Shown here one piece after another: positions 26,606-38,300 of a stretch of 64,000 nt of DNA. The notes under the pieces were generated by a model. That model did not search any database, was not told the origin of the DNA, and was given only the letters and a program-made list of their open reading frames with translations. Made by a program: the position numbers and the translations under genes. Positions within the stretch are counted from its first letter, which is position 1; every line of letters starts with the position of its first letter. This DNA comes from a virus (lineage: Duplodnaviria; Caudoviricetes), in the IMG/VR virus record IMGVR_UViG_2061766007_000924, positions 1 to 64,000 of that record; one strand, given 5' to 3'.

Positions 26606-27013
26606 ATGACAGTCGTAGAGATGGTCAGATTGATTTCTGGCGATGAGTTTGCGTCAATGACAGACGAACAGATCGGGCAGTGGGATGAGTTCGTCAGTCC
26701 TCTGGTGAGTAAGAAGCAATTCGGAAAGCTGTATGACAGAGCGAAAGCACTGCTTATCTGCCACAAACTTAAAATGGCTGGGTATGGCGAGAACGACCTT
26801 GGAGCATTGGGAAAGATTGGAAACAGCTTTGTTGCGTCCAGTGTTTCCGATGGCGGAAGCAGCATAAGTTTTGCGAACGGCGGAGCAAGCAACATTGCGA
26901 TGAATGCTGAGTTTGGCATGACTGTCTATGGAATGCAGTATTTACAGCTGTTAAGGACTTGCATTGTGCCTATCAACATTTCAAGAGGGGTGCTGTTAGA
27001 TGGCGAGTTTTAA
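26606..27013 (+). CDS. Head-tail adaptor (DUF4054-like)
   Basis: ALLICH, SVSDGGSSISF, TVYGMQYLQL. Confidence 0.8.
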   Translation: MTVVEMVRLISGDEFASMTDEQIGQWDEFVSPLVSKKQFGKLYDRAKALLICHKLKMAGYGENDLGALGKIGNSFVASSVSDGGSSISFANGGASNIAMNAEFGMTVYGMQYLQLLRTCIVPINISRGVLLDGEF

Positions 27014-27506
27014 TGACATCTATAAGCAGACTATAACCCTGTTCAATCGCGTCAAGATCCCTGACAGTGATGACTCTGTTTGGCTTCCTACAGTGATTGA
27101 TGGCGTTCATCTGGTAACAACGAGCTCGTCTGCATGGAATACACGGGGTGAACGAGAGACAGATGATGTGCGTCTCCATGTAAGGTATGCTCAAACAGGG
27201 AACGATGTACTTATTTCGTGCCGAGGCCAAGGCGGAGAAGTCATTAGGAAAAAATGGTATGAGCCGAAAGCGTGGCGAAAACTTGAAGAAAAGGACGGAA
27301 GCCTTACGTTTGCCTTTGGCGATACAGAGGCTTTTGACTTTTTCATGGAGGGTGTCTATGAGGACGGCGAGGGGGAAATCTACGATTCCAGCTATCCTCG
27401 CAAGGGGTTCTACAATTACATGAATACCAACTATGACAATGTTTTCGCCATCACTTCTGTTGCAAAGTACAATTTGATTCCGCATTTCGAGATCATGGCG
27501 AGGTGA
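27000..27506 (+). CDS. Head closure / minor capsid protein
   Basis: Position; TITLFNR and C-terminal IPHFEI. Confidence 0.6.
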   Translation: MASFNDIYKQTITLFNRVKIPDSDDSVWLPTVIDGVHLVTTSSSAWNTRGERETDDVRLHVRYAQTGNDVLISCRGQGGEVIRKKWYEPKAWRKLEEKDGSLTFAFGDTEAFDFFMEGVYEDGEGEIYDSSYPRKGFYNYMNTNYDNVFAITSVAKYNLIPHFEIMAR

Positions 27507-27919
27507 TCAGGATGAGTTTTGTTCAGCCAAATTTTCAAGACATCGTTATGAGAAATGGAACCTTGCAATGCCACATTGGCCTTGCAAAGTTTGGAGGAAG
27601 GTTCAAAAGGGCTCAGATATGGTTTGATAAAACGCTGATGTCAAAAATGCATCCGTATATTCCGTATAAAACTGGTGTTTTTCTTGGGAAAATCATAAGC
27701 GCCAATGCGCAGAGATACGGAACAGGAAACCTCGTAGTTGCTGTGCCGCCGCAGGGAAGAAGACTTTATCCCGGCTACTCGTTGTCTGGTAAGCCTTTCA
27801 ATTGGACAAACCCGCAGACAAAACCGCGCTGGGGGACATATACATATAAGCTGTACAAGAACGAGTTGCACAGGGGAGTAAAGGACATACTTCTTGGTAA
27901 AAAGAAAGGCAATTATTGA
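27503..27919 (+). CDS. Neck / minor capsid protein
   Basis: PYIPYKTG motif; position. Confidence 0.6.
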   Translation: MIRMSFVQPNFQDIVMRNGTLQCHIGLAKFGGRFKRAQIWFDKTLMSKMHPYIPYKTGVFLGKIISANAQRYGTGNLVVAVPPQGRRLYPGYSLSGKPFNWTNPQTKPRWGTYTYKLYKNELHRGVKDILLGKKKGNY

Positions 27920-28437
27920 TGAGGGGCAAAAAGAACAATCAACAGCAGCCTACTCCTGATCTCGAAGGGTTTCCTCACGTCACAAGTGCTTTGATGGAGA
28001 CGATAAACAAGTTTCCGGGACTCGAACAGGGTGAGAAATTCACCTTTTCGACAATGCTCACAAACGAACAGGGGCTCACGGTCGCTGCGATTGCAGGATC
28101 TGCAATCGTGGATGAGATGGAGAGCATTACGGGGCACGTTTTGCAGACGTGCTCCTATCCTTTTACTGTTATGAGCAGGTATTCGGGGTTGAGCAACGGC
28201 AGGAAAATCGAAGCCAAGGAATGGATGGAGACTTTGGCAGAGTGGCTTTGCCGTAAAGAAGTAGTGATCAACGGGGAGACATACCATCTCGAAAAATGGC
28301 CTCCGCTTGATGGAGACAGGGAGATCAGGCTGATTACACGAATGACCCCTGCGTATCTTGGGGGGATCAATGAAGATAAATCAGAAGACTGGGTGATGGA
28401 TATGATCATTCAGTACAGAAACGAATTCGACCGATAG
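27916..28437 (+). CDS. Tail terminator/completion protein (probable)
   Basis: Position immediately before the tail tube gene. Confidence 0.55.
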   Translation: MMRGKKNNQQQPTPDLEGFPHVTSALMETINKFPGLEQGEKFTFSTMLTNEQGLTVAAIAGSAIVDEMESITGHVLQTCSYPFTVMSRYSGLSNGRKIEAKEWMETLAEWLCRKEVVINGETYHLEKWPPLDGDREIRLITRMTPAYLGGINEDKSEDWVMDMIIQYRNEFDR

Positions 28438-28454
28438 AATAGGGGGAAAAGCTT

Positions 28455-28952
28455 ATGATCGAGCGCAAATATCTGTTCCATTTTGTAGATGCTGCTTTCG
28501 CCAAGCTCACAAGCGATGACGGAACACCTCCGACTGGAACAAATTATGTACGCCTTGGAAAGTACCTTCAAGCTTACAATGAGGATCTTAACCCTCAGAC
28601 GAATGTGTTTTCAAACATCTTGGGCGAACAGATAGTCATTCACACCGGGTATCAGGTTTCCAGCACTGCGGAGCCTTATTATGCGGAGTATGATGAGCCT
28701 CTGTGGGAGCAGCTCCAGCAGATTGCCAACGAGCGTCTTACTGGGGACGGATGTGAGACCACCAGAATTGACGGGCTCCTTGACGATAAAGGAGACGTGG
28801 AGTGGGCATACATGGAGTCCTGCAAGGTTATTCCCAACAGCCTTGGCGGTGACACCAGCGGAGTTCAGATTCCGTTTCAGGTTATCAACAATGGTAACCG
28901 TCACAGGGTCAATTTTGACATTAACACCAAGACAGCTACAAAGTATACGTAA
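28455..28952 (+). CDS. Major tail (tube) protein
   Basis: RLGKYL...LNP...NILGE, GGDTSGVQIPF; followed by a terminator. Confidence 0.75.
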   Translation: MIERKYLFHFVDAAFAKLTSDDGTPPTGTNYVRLGKYLQAYNEDLNPQTNVFSNILGEQIVIHTGYQVSSTAEPYYAEYDEPLWEQLQQIANERLTGDGCETTRIDGLLDDKGDVEWAYMESCKVIPNSLGGDTSGVQIPFQVINNGNRHRVNFDINTKTATKYT

Positions 28953-28960
28953 AAGGCCAA

Positions 28961-28994
28961 AGGGCCATCGCACAAGATGGCCCTTTGTTTTTTA
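28961..28994 (+). terminator. Intrinsic terminator
   Basis: AAGGGCCATC-loop-GATGGCCCTT-TGTTTTTT. Confidence 0.75.
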
Positions 28995-29029
28995 AACACT
29001 GAATAGAATCATAATTGGAGGTCAAAATT

Positions 29030-29539
29030 ATGAACGAGGAATACAAAGTCGATCAGGTGAACGGATTCGAGCCAAAGAAGATTGTCATTGACGATGGCAA
29101 GATTGATGTGCCTATTGAAAATCAGAATCACGAGAGGATAGGCGTTCTCCGCTTTAGCCCGACCGACATAAACATAATCAACAGGTACAATGAAGTATCT
29201 GGGAAGCTGGACAGTGTGCTCAGGCCGCTGACAGACGCAAATATCACGAACACTGGTGAAGGAACCGATGAGGAGTCAATCAAGATCCTTAACGAAGTTG
29301 GGGATAAGGTGATTGACATGCTTGACTATATCATTGATGGAGATTCCAGAGAAGCATTCTTCAAAAAGATGCACATTTTCAGCATCGTGAAGGGGCACTT
29401 CTACTGCGAGAACGTATTTCGCGTTGTAGGGGATTTCATTTCTCAGGAATTTGAATCAGAGGTAAAGAAAGTCAACCTTCACATCAACGAGCATACGCAC
29501 GGTTATAAAACCGGAAAGCATGCCAAAGGGAAAACATGA
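29030..29539 (+). CDS. Tail assembly chaperone
   Basis: Lies between tube and tape measure; FSPTDINI. Confidence 0.65.
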   Translation: MNEEYKVDQVNGFEPKKIVIDDGKIDVPIENQNHERIGVLRFSPTDINIINRYNEVSGKLDSVLRPLTDANITNTGEGTDEESIKILNEVGDKVIDMLDYIIDGDSREAFFKKMHIFSIVKGHFYCENVFRVVGDFISQEFESEVKKVNLHINEHTHGYKTGKHAKGKT

Positions 29540-30093
29540 ACTTTGGCTTGCCAAAATCGTTGATTGTAAATGGCAGGGAAGAGCCGATTCGGTGGGAGTA
29601 CACGGCTGTTCTTGATGTCATAAGTGCAATGAACGATCCTAATTTAGAGGATAATGAGAAAGTATACTCTTGCCTTTTTATCTTCTATGAGAACTTTGAA
29701 TACTTCACGAAAGATGATTATAAGCCAGCGTTTGAGGAAATGATTAAGTTCATAAACAATGGCGATGATTCAGAAGATGGAAGACGGGCAAAAACAGTAG
29801 ACTTTGAACAAGATTATAACATTTTGATTCCAGCGGTGAATAGAGTTGCGGGGAAAGAAATAAGAACCTGCGATGATATTCACTGGTGGACTTTTTTGTC
29901 TTGGTTTATGGAGATAGGCGAATGTACCTACTCTACGGTTTTGAGCATTCGGGCAAAAAAGAAGAACGGAAAGTCACTCGAAAAATGGGAACAGGAATTC
30001 TATGCGCAGAACAGAAAGCTCGTAGATATAAAAGAGAAACTCACGGACGAGGAAAAGGCGCACGAAGAGTGGCTTAATTCACTGCTTGACTAA
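29536..30093 (+). CDS. Gp15-like tail assembly protein
   Basis: LPKSL, DFEQD, IHWWTF, IRAKK motifs. Confidence 0.75.
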   Translation: MNFGLPKSLIVNGREEPIRWEYTAVLDVISAMNDPNLEDNEKVYSCLFIFYENFEYFTKDDYKPAFEEMIKFINNGDDSEDGRRAKTVDFEQDYNILIPAVNRVAGKEIRTCDDIHWWTFLSWFMEIGECTYSTVLSIRAKKKNGKSLEKWEQEFYAQNRKLVDIKEKLTDEEKAHEEWLNSLLD

Positions 30094-30110
30094 CTGCATG
30101 AGAGGGAGGG

Positions 30111-33100
30111 ATGTGGATGGAAGACGTTATAACTATTGCGACTGAGCTTAGTACAAAGGGCTTTGAGGCTGGATCAAAGGCTTTGACTCAGGCAATGAAC
30201 AATCTTTCTCGGACAGCCCAAAAGATGGGGAGCTCCTTTAAAAGAATTATTCCAACGATAATTGGCGTGGGCTCTGCTTATCAGGTGCTGTCAAAAGCGA
30301 TCAACACCTACATGTCTCAAAACGAAGAGCTTTCCAAGAAAATGAATTCCATATGGACGGCGCTTGGAAATGTCATTGGGCCTATTATTGAGCGAATCGT
30401 TGACTGGATCACGACTGCCGTTTCATATCTCCTCTCTTTCTTGAAGGCGCTTGGCGTAACAAGCAAAACAGCGTCTCAACTTTCCCAAAGTGCCAAGAAG
30501 AACAACGAGGAATTAAGAAAGACAATATTCGGGTTTGACGAGCTGAACATTCTCCAAAAACAGCAGAAAACCAACGACAGGACATTAAACGATGTAGAGC
30601 TCCCGGAATGGGTCAACAATATTATTGGCTTCCTGCGGAACGGGGAGTGGGACAGTGCTGCGGATCTTCTCATAGAAAAGCTGGATGAGCTGATTCACAG
30701 ATTCAGGGATAAGGCGCAAGAGCTTGGTGAATCAATCAGCAAGACCTTTGGCGACATCTTGCATGCAATCGCAATGGTACTGGATAAAACAGACTGGAGT
30801 GCCGTTGGACAGGGAATAGCGAGATTCCTAAACGGGCTTTTTAGCGAAGTGAATGGAGAGGACATAGGGAAAATCCTTGTCTCTAAAATCACGATTGCTT
30901 TCAAGGTCTTAACTGGTTTTCTCGAAGATCTGGACTATAAGCAGCTCTCGGAAATACTTGTTGGCATGTTTACCGGAGCACTTGATTCGCTTGCGAGTGC
31001 TATCGAGGGGGCTGACTTTCAGAAAATAGGCGCTGGGATTCGGACATTTTTTGAGAACATAGACTGGGAAGGGATCAAGACTTCCCTTGGGAATTTCTTT
31101 GAAGAAGCGTGGAGAGGCGCAATTGACTTTCTCAAAGGCATCATTACCGGAGAATCTGAGGGCGGAGAAGACATTCCCGTTGTGAAGAGTCTTGAGCGTC
31201 TTGGCAAGTCAATAAATGATCTTGCTGAGGCTGCTGGGCCGAAGCTGAAAGAATTCTGGGAAGAAAAGATCTTGCCAATTCTTGAGTGGGTCGGAGAAGT
31301 TGCGCTGCCGGGGATTCTCGATGCTATTTCAACAGAGCTTGAAAGATTCTCGCAGCTGCTCAATGGAGAAATGAGCTGGGATGAATTTACTTCATCCATG
31401 ACAGAGCTGGAAAAAATACTGACTGCTGTCGGAATAGCTCTTGGGCTGATCAAGCTGGTGCAGTTTGCCGCTGACGTTGTAAAAACGGTTCAGGAGGTTA
31501 AAACTGCAATTACAACTGCAATAGAGTACGCCGGGAAGATAAAAACCGTGTTTCAAGAGGCATGGACTCTGATCGCCGCTCACCCGTTTGTCATCCTTGC
31601 CGCTGCGATTATTGCTTTTGTTGCTCTTATAGCAATAAAGGGTGACGAAATACAGGCGGTGTTGCAGAAGGTTGATGATTACTTGCAAGGAATATTCACG
31701 AAAGACTGGAGAGAGACATTTGGGCCTGTTCTCGGCGCAATTCTGAACGGGTTTTTCGGCGTTGTGAAAGAAAAATGGGACGCAATTAAAAAAATCTTAG
31801 ATGGATTCATCGACTTTATAAGAGGCATCTTCACCGGAGATTGGGAACGTGCTTTCAAAGGGCTGGAGGAATCTATCACGGGGCTGTTCGAGCTCTTCGG
31901 CTTAGACTTCGATGGGATGGAGGAAATCCTTCACGGGATCGTGGAGTTTATTGCAGGGATTTTCACCGGAGACTGGGACAGAGCTCTGGGTGGACTTCAC
32001 ACTGCCATTGATGCGCTAAAGAATGTCGTACAGGAAAAAATAGACTGTGCGAAACAAGTATTCGAAAATCTGGCTACATACATAGGCGGCGTGTTCTCAA
32101 CCGATTGGAGAGATGTATTTGGAACCACGCTCGGCGGAATCTTGAACGGATTCTTCAAAGAAGTTGACCGAATTTGGGGAGACATAAAAGACGTTTTCAA
32201 CGGCGTAATAACATTTGTGACAGGTGCGTTCAAGGGCGATTGGGAAGAGGCGTTCGGCGGACTCGAAACAGCCGTAAAGGGGCTGTGCGATCTGGTCGGG
32301 CTTGATTTCGATTCAATAGAAAAAATATTCAGGGGAATTGCTACGTTTGTTTCCGGCATATTCAAGGGGGACTGGGACACTGCCTTTAGCGGCATAAAAG
32401 AGACCATAAGCGGATTTGAAACCCTTGTTTCTGAAAAAATAGATGATGTGAGAGACATATTCGACTCCATATCAGAGTTTGTTAGTGGGATTTTCACGCA
32501 GGACTGGACAACTGTTTTCGGAACGACATTGGGCGGCATTCTTAATGACTTCTTCTCAAATGTTCAGTCGTTCAAAGACGATATCGAAGGAGTATTTGAC
32601 GGAATAACGGATTTTATCAGCGATATTTTCAGTGGAAATTGGGAGTCTGCATGGAACGGCGTAAAAGACATCTTCAGCGGAATATTCGACAGCCTTGAGG
32701 GGATAGTGAAAGCTCCTATCAACGGAATAATAAGAATCATAAATAATTTCATTGAAAAAGTTAACGATAAGATTTCAGCAATAAGCAGCCTTTCTGAGTA
32801 TGTAGGTATAAGTCTCTCGACAATAGATCCCATTCCAGAACTTGCTCGCGGTGGCGTGCTGAAAAAAGGGCAGATCGGTTTTCTCGAAGGAGATGGGGCA
32901 GAAGCGGTCGTACCTCTGGAAAAGAACACAGAGTGGATAAAGAAAGTCGCAGATCAGTTTGTGTCAGCCGTAAAGGACGGGGATCTGAAACTGAAAAGCG
33001 AAACAATCATGCTGCCAGCGATGAAGGGAATATCCGAAACCGTTGATTATCGCACTCCTGCAATAGCGAAAGGCACGGTTCTTCCTTACGGAATAGATGG

Positions 33101-33299
33101 AGGAGTGGAGAGCAAAAACACGAGCACGGAGATAACTGAGATCCTTGATGTGCTGCGCGAATTTACCGGGAAAATAGATGACATCATAGCTCTTCTGGAT
33201 GACTTTGAATTTGTCGCGGAGTTTGATGACATTCGGGCTCTTGCCAAGAGGATCAGGAGAGAAATCAGGAAAGAGCAGATTTCAGAAGGGAGCTGGTAA
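30111..33299 (+). CDS. Tape measure protein
   Basis: GFDELN, periodic GIFTGDW-type repeats, LARGG...GAEAVVPLE. Confidence 0.9.
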   Translation: MWMEDVITIATELSTKGFEAGSKALTQAMNNLSRTAQKMGSSFKRIIPTIIGVGSAYQVLSKAINTYMSQNEELSKKMNSIWTALGNVIGPIIERIVDWITTAVSYLLSFLKALGVTSKTASQLSQSAKKNNEELRKTIFGFDELNILQKQQKTNDRTLNDVELPEWVNNIIGFLRNGEWDSAADLLIEKLDELIHRFRDKAQELGESISKTFGDILHAIAMVLDKTDWSAVGQGIARFLNGLFSEVNGEDIGKILVSKITIAFKVLTGFLEDLDYKQLSEILVGMFTGALDSLASAIEGADFQKIGAGIRTFFENIDWEGIKTSLGNFFEEAWRGAIDFLKGIITGESEGGEDIPVVKSLERLGKSINDLAEAAGPKLKEFWEEKILPILEWVGEVALPGILDAISTELERFSQLLNGEMSWDEFTSSMTELEKILTAVGIALGLIKLVQFAADVVKTVQEVKTAITTAIEYAGKIKTVFQEAWTLIAAHPFVILAAAIIAFVALIAIKGDEIQAVLQKVDDYLQGIFTKDWRETFGPVLGAILNGFFGVVKEKWDAIKKILDGFIDFIRGIFTGDWERAFKGLEESITGLFELFGLDFDGMEEILHGIVEFIAGIFTGDWDRALGGLHTAIDALKNVVQEKIDCAKQVFENLATYIGGVFSTDWRDVFGTTLGGILNGFFKEVDRIWGDIKDVFNGVITFVTGAFKGDWEEAFGGLETAVKGLCDLVGLDFDSIEKIFRGIATFVSGIFKGDWDTAFSGIKETISGFETLVSEKIDDVRDIFDSISEFVSGIFTQDWTTVFGTTLGGILNDFFSNVQSFKDDIEGVFDGITDFISDIFSGNWESAWNGVKDIFSGIFDSLEGIVKAPINGIIRIINNFIEKVNDKISAISSLSEYVGISLSTIDPIPELARGGVLKKGQIGFLEGDGAEAVVPLEKNTEWIKKVADQFVSAVKDGDLKLKSETIMLPAMKGISETVDYRTPAIAKGTVLPYGIDGGVESKNTSTEITEILDVLREFTGKIDDIIALLDDFEFVAEFDDIRALAKRIRREIRKEQISEGSW

Positions 33300-33301
33300 G
33301 A

Positions 33302-33667
33302 ATGCCGTATTGCAGACTAAACGGATATGATATCACAAGGTACATTCTTTTGGGCGGCTTTTCCGCTTCCGAAAACGACATTGAGTCTCCAGACGCAGGA
33401 AGAACTATGGATGCGCTGATGCACAGAGATAAAATCGGGCAAAAGAACAGGGCGGACATAAAGCTTGTTCCTGTGAAAAAGGCTGTTTTGGATGATATCA
33501 TTCCGATTCTCAGGAATCAGTACATAACGTGCGAAACAGATCTTTTCGCAGGGATGCCGCTGTCCATGCAAATGTACAACAGCACAAGGAAGTACGGAGC
33601 AAATCTGATAGATACCCAAGGAGAGACGTGGTACTTAGACACTGCTTTCAACATTATCGAACGATGA
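33302..33667 (+). CDS. Distal tail protein
   Basis: DAGRTMDALMHRD, FNIIER; follows the TMP. Confidence 0.7.
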   Translation: MPYCRLNGYDITRYILLGGFSASENDIESPDAGRTMDALMHRDKIGQKNRADIKLVPVKKAVLDDIIPILRNQYITCETDLFAGMPLSMQMYNSTRKYGANLIDTQGETWYLDTAFNIIER

Positions 33668-33693
33668 CTGCTTGAGCGGATGGGGGATCACAT

Positions 33694-35385
33694 ATGAGAG
33701 AATTTTCTCCATTGTACAAAGAGCTTCGGTCAAGAGAAGACTCGAAATATGAAGTCAAAATTGTAAGAGGCGATACGACATACGCGATGGATAGATTGCA
33801 GAGTGTTTCAATCCATCAGGCGTTGTTTGACGGCGGTGGGCCCAAGATAGGTGGCGTATACTCATCGAGATGCATTGCGAAAATAAGGGAAGAGTCCACA
33901 AACTGGCCCAGAGCAGCATCATTTGAAGTCTTCATCAGACTCTTGAGTGCGGATGGTACTCAAGAGTCTGAATGGGAATCAATGTCCACGTATTACACGG
34001 ACGAGCGGCACACAGACAAATACGGAAACATCACGATAACGGCGTATGACGGCATGGCTCTTCTGGAGCAGCCGTGGACAGACAAGATACTGAATACACC
34101 GGATACATGGCCCGTAACTGCAAAGAGAGCTTGCGACATGCTGACAGAGGCACTCGGAGTAAGCTTCGACAGAAGAACCGTTCTTGATAACACAGTGCCG
34201 TTTATAGGGTTAGATACTACAAGCACGGCGAGAGACACACTTGCCGCTGTCGCTGGCGGACTTGGCGGAAACTGGTATCTAACAGCAGAAGGAAAACTCA
34301 GGCTTGTAATACTTAGAAACATACTTGATTTAACACCAGCTGTTGCGGGAATAGCTGTAGTTGGAAAAACCGTTGTCGGAGACGATACTTCTGGCATAAT
34401 TAACGAAAACATTGGAATGTCCGTTGAAAGTATAGATATCGGAACATCTACTGGCGGCACTACCAATGTGGAATTGCAGACATCAAGCGGTATTACGGCA
34501 AGGGTTGATCGAGGAAACGGGTACACGATAAAAGGAACGTGTGATTTTTCAAACAGTCAGATTGCGGAAGTTTGTGCCAACAACGTGTACGGGTTTGCAT
34601 ACAAGCCTTTCTCGGCGAAAAAGGCGAGGCTCGATCCTATTGCAGAGCTTGGCGATGTAGTAGAGATTGATGGTGACACCTATCAGATGTACACGATCAA
34701 CTGGAACATAAATCAGCACATCACAGCGGACATATCTGCGCCTTATGAAGAGTCTGTTGATCATGAGTATCCTGTTTTGAGCGAGAGCGCAAAGAATTAC
34801 AGAAAAGCGATTGGATATATTGATGGGACAAACCAGCAAACGGGCAGCTTTATCCAGCAGACGGCGGACGCAATCAGAACATCTGTTTCTCAAACATATG
34901 TGCAGAGAAATGACCTGAATCAACGGCTCACAGAACTTAATCAGGATATTGCGGACACGTATTACACATATGAAGAAGGAACCGACCTAAGATCGAGAGT
35001 ATCAACACTTGAGCAAACAAGTAGCGGCTTTCAACTTAATATTACGCGATTTGAGAACAATATAAATGGAAGAGTACAGACCATTGAAAGCTACGTCCGA
35101 TATGATGGAGAATTAGATCCACCTGCTATTGTTATAGGGAAAAAAGGTGATCCTGCATCTTTCCGACTGTCAAATAAGCAAATCAGCCTCTACTATGAAA
35201 ACACTGTGGTAAGTTATTGGAATCAACAGAAACAGGTTACACCGAGTGAGCTGGAAATACCTTTTAATAATTCTGCCCGTGGTAAGTTTACTCTGGGGAG
35301 CATACTATTCCAGCCCAGATCCACAGGGAACATGTCCATATTGTGGGTAGGACAAAATGACAGCTCCGCACCAAGCGGACAATGA
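33694..35385 (+). CDS. Tail tip / hub protein
   Basis: Position; AYDGM, DPIAELGD, C-terminal coiled coil. Confidence 0.7.
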   Translation: MREFSPLYKELRSREDSKYEVKIVRGDTTYAMDRLQSVSIHQALFDGGGPKIGGVYSSRCIAKIREESTNWPRAASFEVFIRLLSADGTQESEWESMSTYYTDERHTDKYGNITITAYDGMALLEQPWTDKILNTPDTWPVTAKRACDMLTEALGVSFDRRTVLDNTVPFIGLDTTSTARDTLAAVAGGLGGNWYLTAEGKLRLVILRNILDLTPAVAGIAVVGKTVVGDDTSGIINENIGMSVESIDIGTSTGGTTNVELQTSSGITARVDRGNGYTIKGTCDFSNSQIAEVCANNVYGFAYKPFSAKKARLDPIAELGDVVEIDGDTYQMYTINWNINQHITADISAPYEESVDHEYPVLSESAKNYRKAIGYIDGTNQQTGSFIQQTADAIRTSVSQTYVQRNDLNQRLTELNQDIADTYYTYEEGTDLRSRVSTLEQTSSGFQLNITRFENNINGRVQTIESYVRYDGELDPPAIVIGKKGDPASFRLSNKQISLYYENTVVSYWNQQKQVTPSELEIPFNNSARGKFTLGSILFQPRSTGNMSILWVGQNDSSAPSGQ

Positions 35386-35399
35386 TAGGAGGAATATAA

Positions 35400-38300
35400 T
35401 TGGCTGATTATGCTGACATTACAGTGAATGCTGTTTTTCCGGTTACTGTTTACGAATATAGCTCTTTCGTGAGAGGTTGGACGTCAGGGTTTCAGGTTGA
35501 TAAGGATTATGAGATAAACGGCCAAATGACAAATGAAATGGTCTTGTATGAATTCAAACCTGATCCAAACGATAAAGTTGAAGGAGAGGTTAAAAAAGTT
35601 GAATTCGGAGTTAAATTCGCATCGTATGATAACATTCCCGTAAAAGCCTATTTGTTCAAAGAAAAAGGCAAATATTCCGATATGTATAATGGGGAGGGTA
35701 AACTCGGCGAGGTTACGGTAACATCAAACGGCTGGTATGTGGCACAGTTGACTTTTTCTGGACTGAACATAGAAAATTACGAAAACCTATATATTGGTTT
35801 CGTAGACAACAGCAACTCAGGCGAATGGTGCTCGTGTACTTATCAATTCAATTATGCCAAGATTACAACACGGACACCGAGTTTGAAGATCACTCCAGAG
35901 ACTGGATCTGTTGTGTTGAGCGAGAATCATTTTGAAACATATTTCACAATTCAGAATGACTTGGGGATAGACGAACTTGCAGTACAATTTAAGATAGGAC
36001 AATCACCTGTTACTGGTTCCAAACAGACTCTCGATGTTGAGGATATTGAAGGGACAAAACGAACAACGACATATAGCACAGACACAATATATGCGTGGAT
36101 GAAAACATCACCGAATACGAAATATTCGGTTTCCTTCACTGTGGAAGCTACAGACAAATACGGGAGAACAGCCTTAGCAACAATCAAAATAGCTCTTCCG
36201 GCTCTCACAATAAATGCAGATAATAGGAGTCTGACGTTCAACGATATAATCGAAGTATATCAGACTGACGCTATAACAGGTGAAGATAATCCTGTTATAA
36301 TTACTCTAACGTCCAACCAAAACTCAGAGTATATACAAAATGGAAGTACGTGCGAATATGACTGGTTTTCTCAAACCGGGCAAGGCTCGAAAGATGAAAT
36401 AACCATATCCGCGAAAGCGACTGACAGCTTCAGAAGAAATTCCGACAGTTTGACCATAAAAGCATCAAAACCTCCAATCGGTGCGACAGTAAGTCAAAAC
36501 GAATACCAAATAAACACCCTTATTCATATAAAAAAAACAGACAATACGAGAGACATAAATGTTACTATAAAATCGGGAAATGTAGAATTTGTTAAAGACC
36601 TCCTTTTTCCTTGGCGAGACTCTGACGCCGACATACTTGTTTCTGCTGCATGGTTTGACAAGGTGGCTGGTAATAACGGGAAAATTACAGGCGTAGAGAT
36701 AGATTTTACGGATGAAATATATCGAAGTCAAAAGATAAGCCCTATAACCATAAGCGGAATCGTAGACGGTGAAAATAAAATCGTTCCTCAATTATCCTCC
36801 TTTTGGCTTACAAATGTCGGAGATAATAGACTAAATAATACGCAATATGCAAATAGCTTTGTTTCCGGTTACAGCAAAGTTAACACTGAGGTGTATGTAT
36901 CATCTCTTCCGGGATCAGATATAAGTTCCGTGAAGTTTTCTGGGGGCGGATTCAACGATGTTCAGATGGAGAAAAAAACTGGATCGGCATACCATCGCGG
37001 AACAACGCCTGATGCGGTTACGGTTTCTGGAACAGAGGTTACCTTCACGGTATCTGCAACAGACGAATGGAACAGGACTAACACTAAAACCAGAAAACAA
37101 ACTTTTGTAAAGCTTCCAACATGGCAAATAAAACAACTTACTCCCTCGACAGTTATCACCGGAAACAAAGTGACATGCGTCATCGCTGGTCGTGTTGATA
37201 AAACTAATGGAACAACTGAATCAACATATACGTTAAAGCGAGGAGACGCGCTACTAACGAAAGAACCAGTCAAGTTCACCGATACTACCTTTGCAATAGA
37301 TGTTGCTGCTTCTTGGGTTCCAGATTCGGCATCAGAGGCAAAAATAACGCTAATAGTAACTGACTATTTAGGAAGAACTGCATCAAAGGATTTCATAGCA
37401 AAACTCCCGGTTTTCGCGGTAAATGTTCCTGAAGATCCTGTAATAATTGACAGCGATGTGACGTTCACATTTGAAGGGACATCAGGCCAGTCTGTAAATC
37501 TTTCTCTCATGGTTGGAAATGCTGCTAAGTATAATGAAACGATAGAAGGAGACTCTGTAACAGTACACTGTCCTAAGGATTGGATTACAAGCGGATCATA
37601 TGTAGATGTGACGGTGAATGCAACTTGCGGGAATAGAACGGATAATACGAAAAAATTCACGCTCAAATATCCAGATCTTGTGTTAGAGACAGACAAAACA
37701 GAATCTACGCCATATGGATATGTTATCTACACATTTAGCAATCGTGAGGGACAGTCGGTATATTTGGAATATTACTATGGGAGTCGGAGACTATTAAGAG
37801 AAGGGCCTTTTTCAGAAGACTTTGGAGGGCCGCTTGCAGACTTTTTTGACTTAGTACCGATCACCACTGCTCAGGTTATGTATATAGATATCTGCGCAAC
37901 AGATGCGATTGGGAGGATGTCAAATAAAGTTAAGCTAAAATTGACCCCGTCATTTATGATGGATCCAAGGCTTCTCAATTACGCATTTACAGCTATACAG
38001 CCGGAAACAGTTGATCCTGCGTTAGCAAATTGCGTTTTTCTTGGAATAACAAGAATACGACTGTCTGGAGCGTACGAATTGCCAACATTGGCAAAAATGA
38101 GCAAGGTGAGAATCTCACTCAAGAAGCTTTACAGTCTTGGATACGCTACAATAAATAGCGAAACAGATACCTTCGTATTTGAGCAAACAGATAATGAAGG
38201 AAATCCGGTTCCAATAACGGAAGATGTGCCGCGCTTGATTGAGTTCACAGATGAAAGAGGGCTGGAATCTACATACGAGACAGCGGAAATTCCGAGTATC

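Noticed and set aside
29520-29540. Lambda G/T-like -1 frameshift at AAAGGGAAAA in the tail chaperone
   Set aside because: The heptamer is not in X-XXY-YYZ phase with the reading frame, and the downstream gene has its own ATG overlapping the stop (ATGA).
31680-32700. Trp-periodic repeats in the tape measure as a novel repeat system
   Set aside because: Ordinary TMP periodicity.
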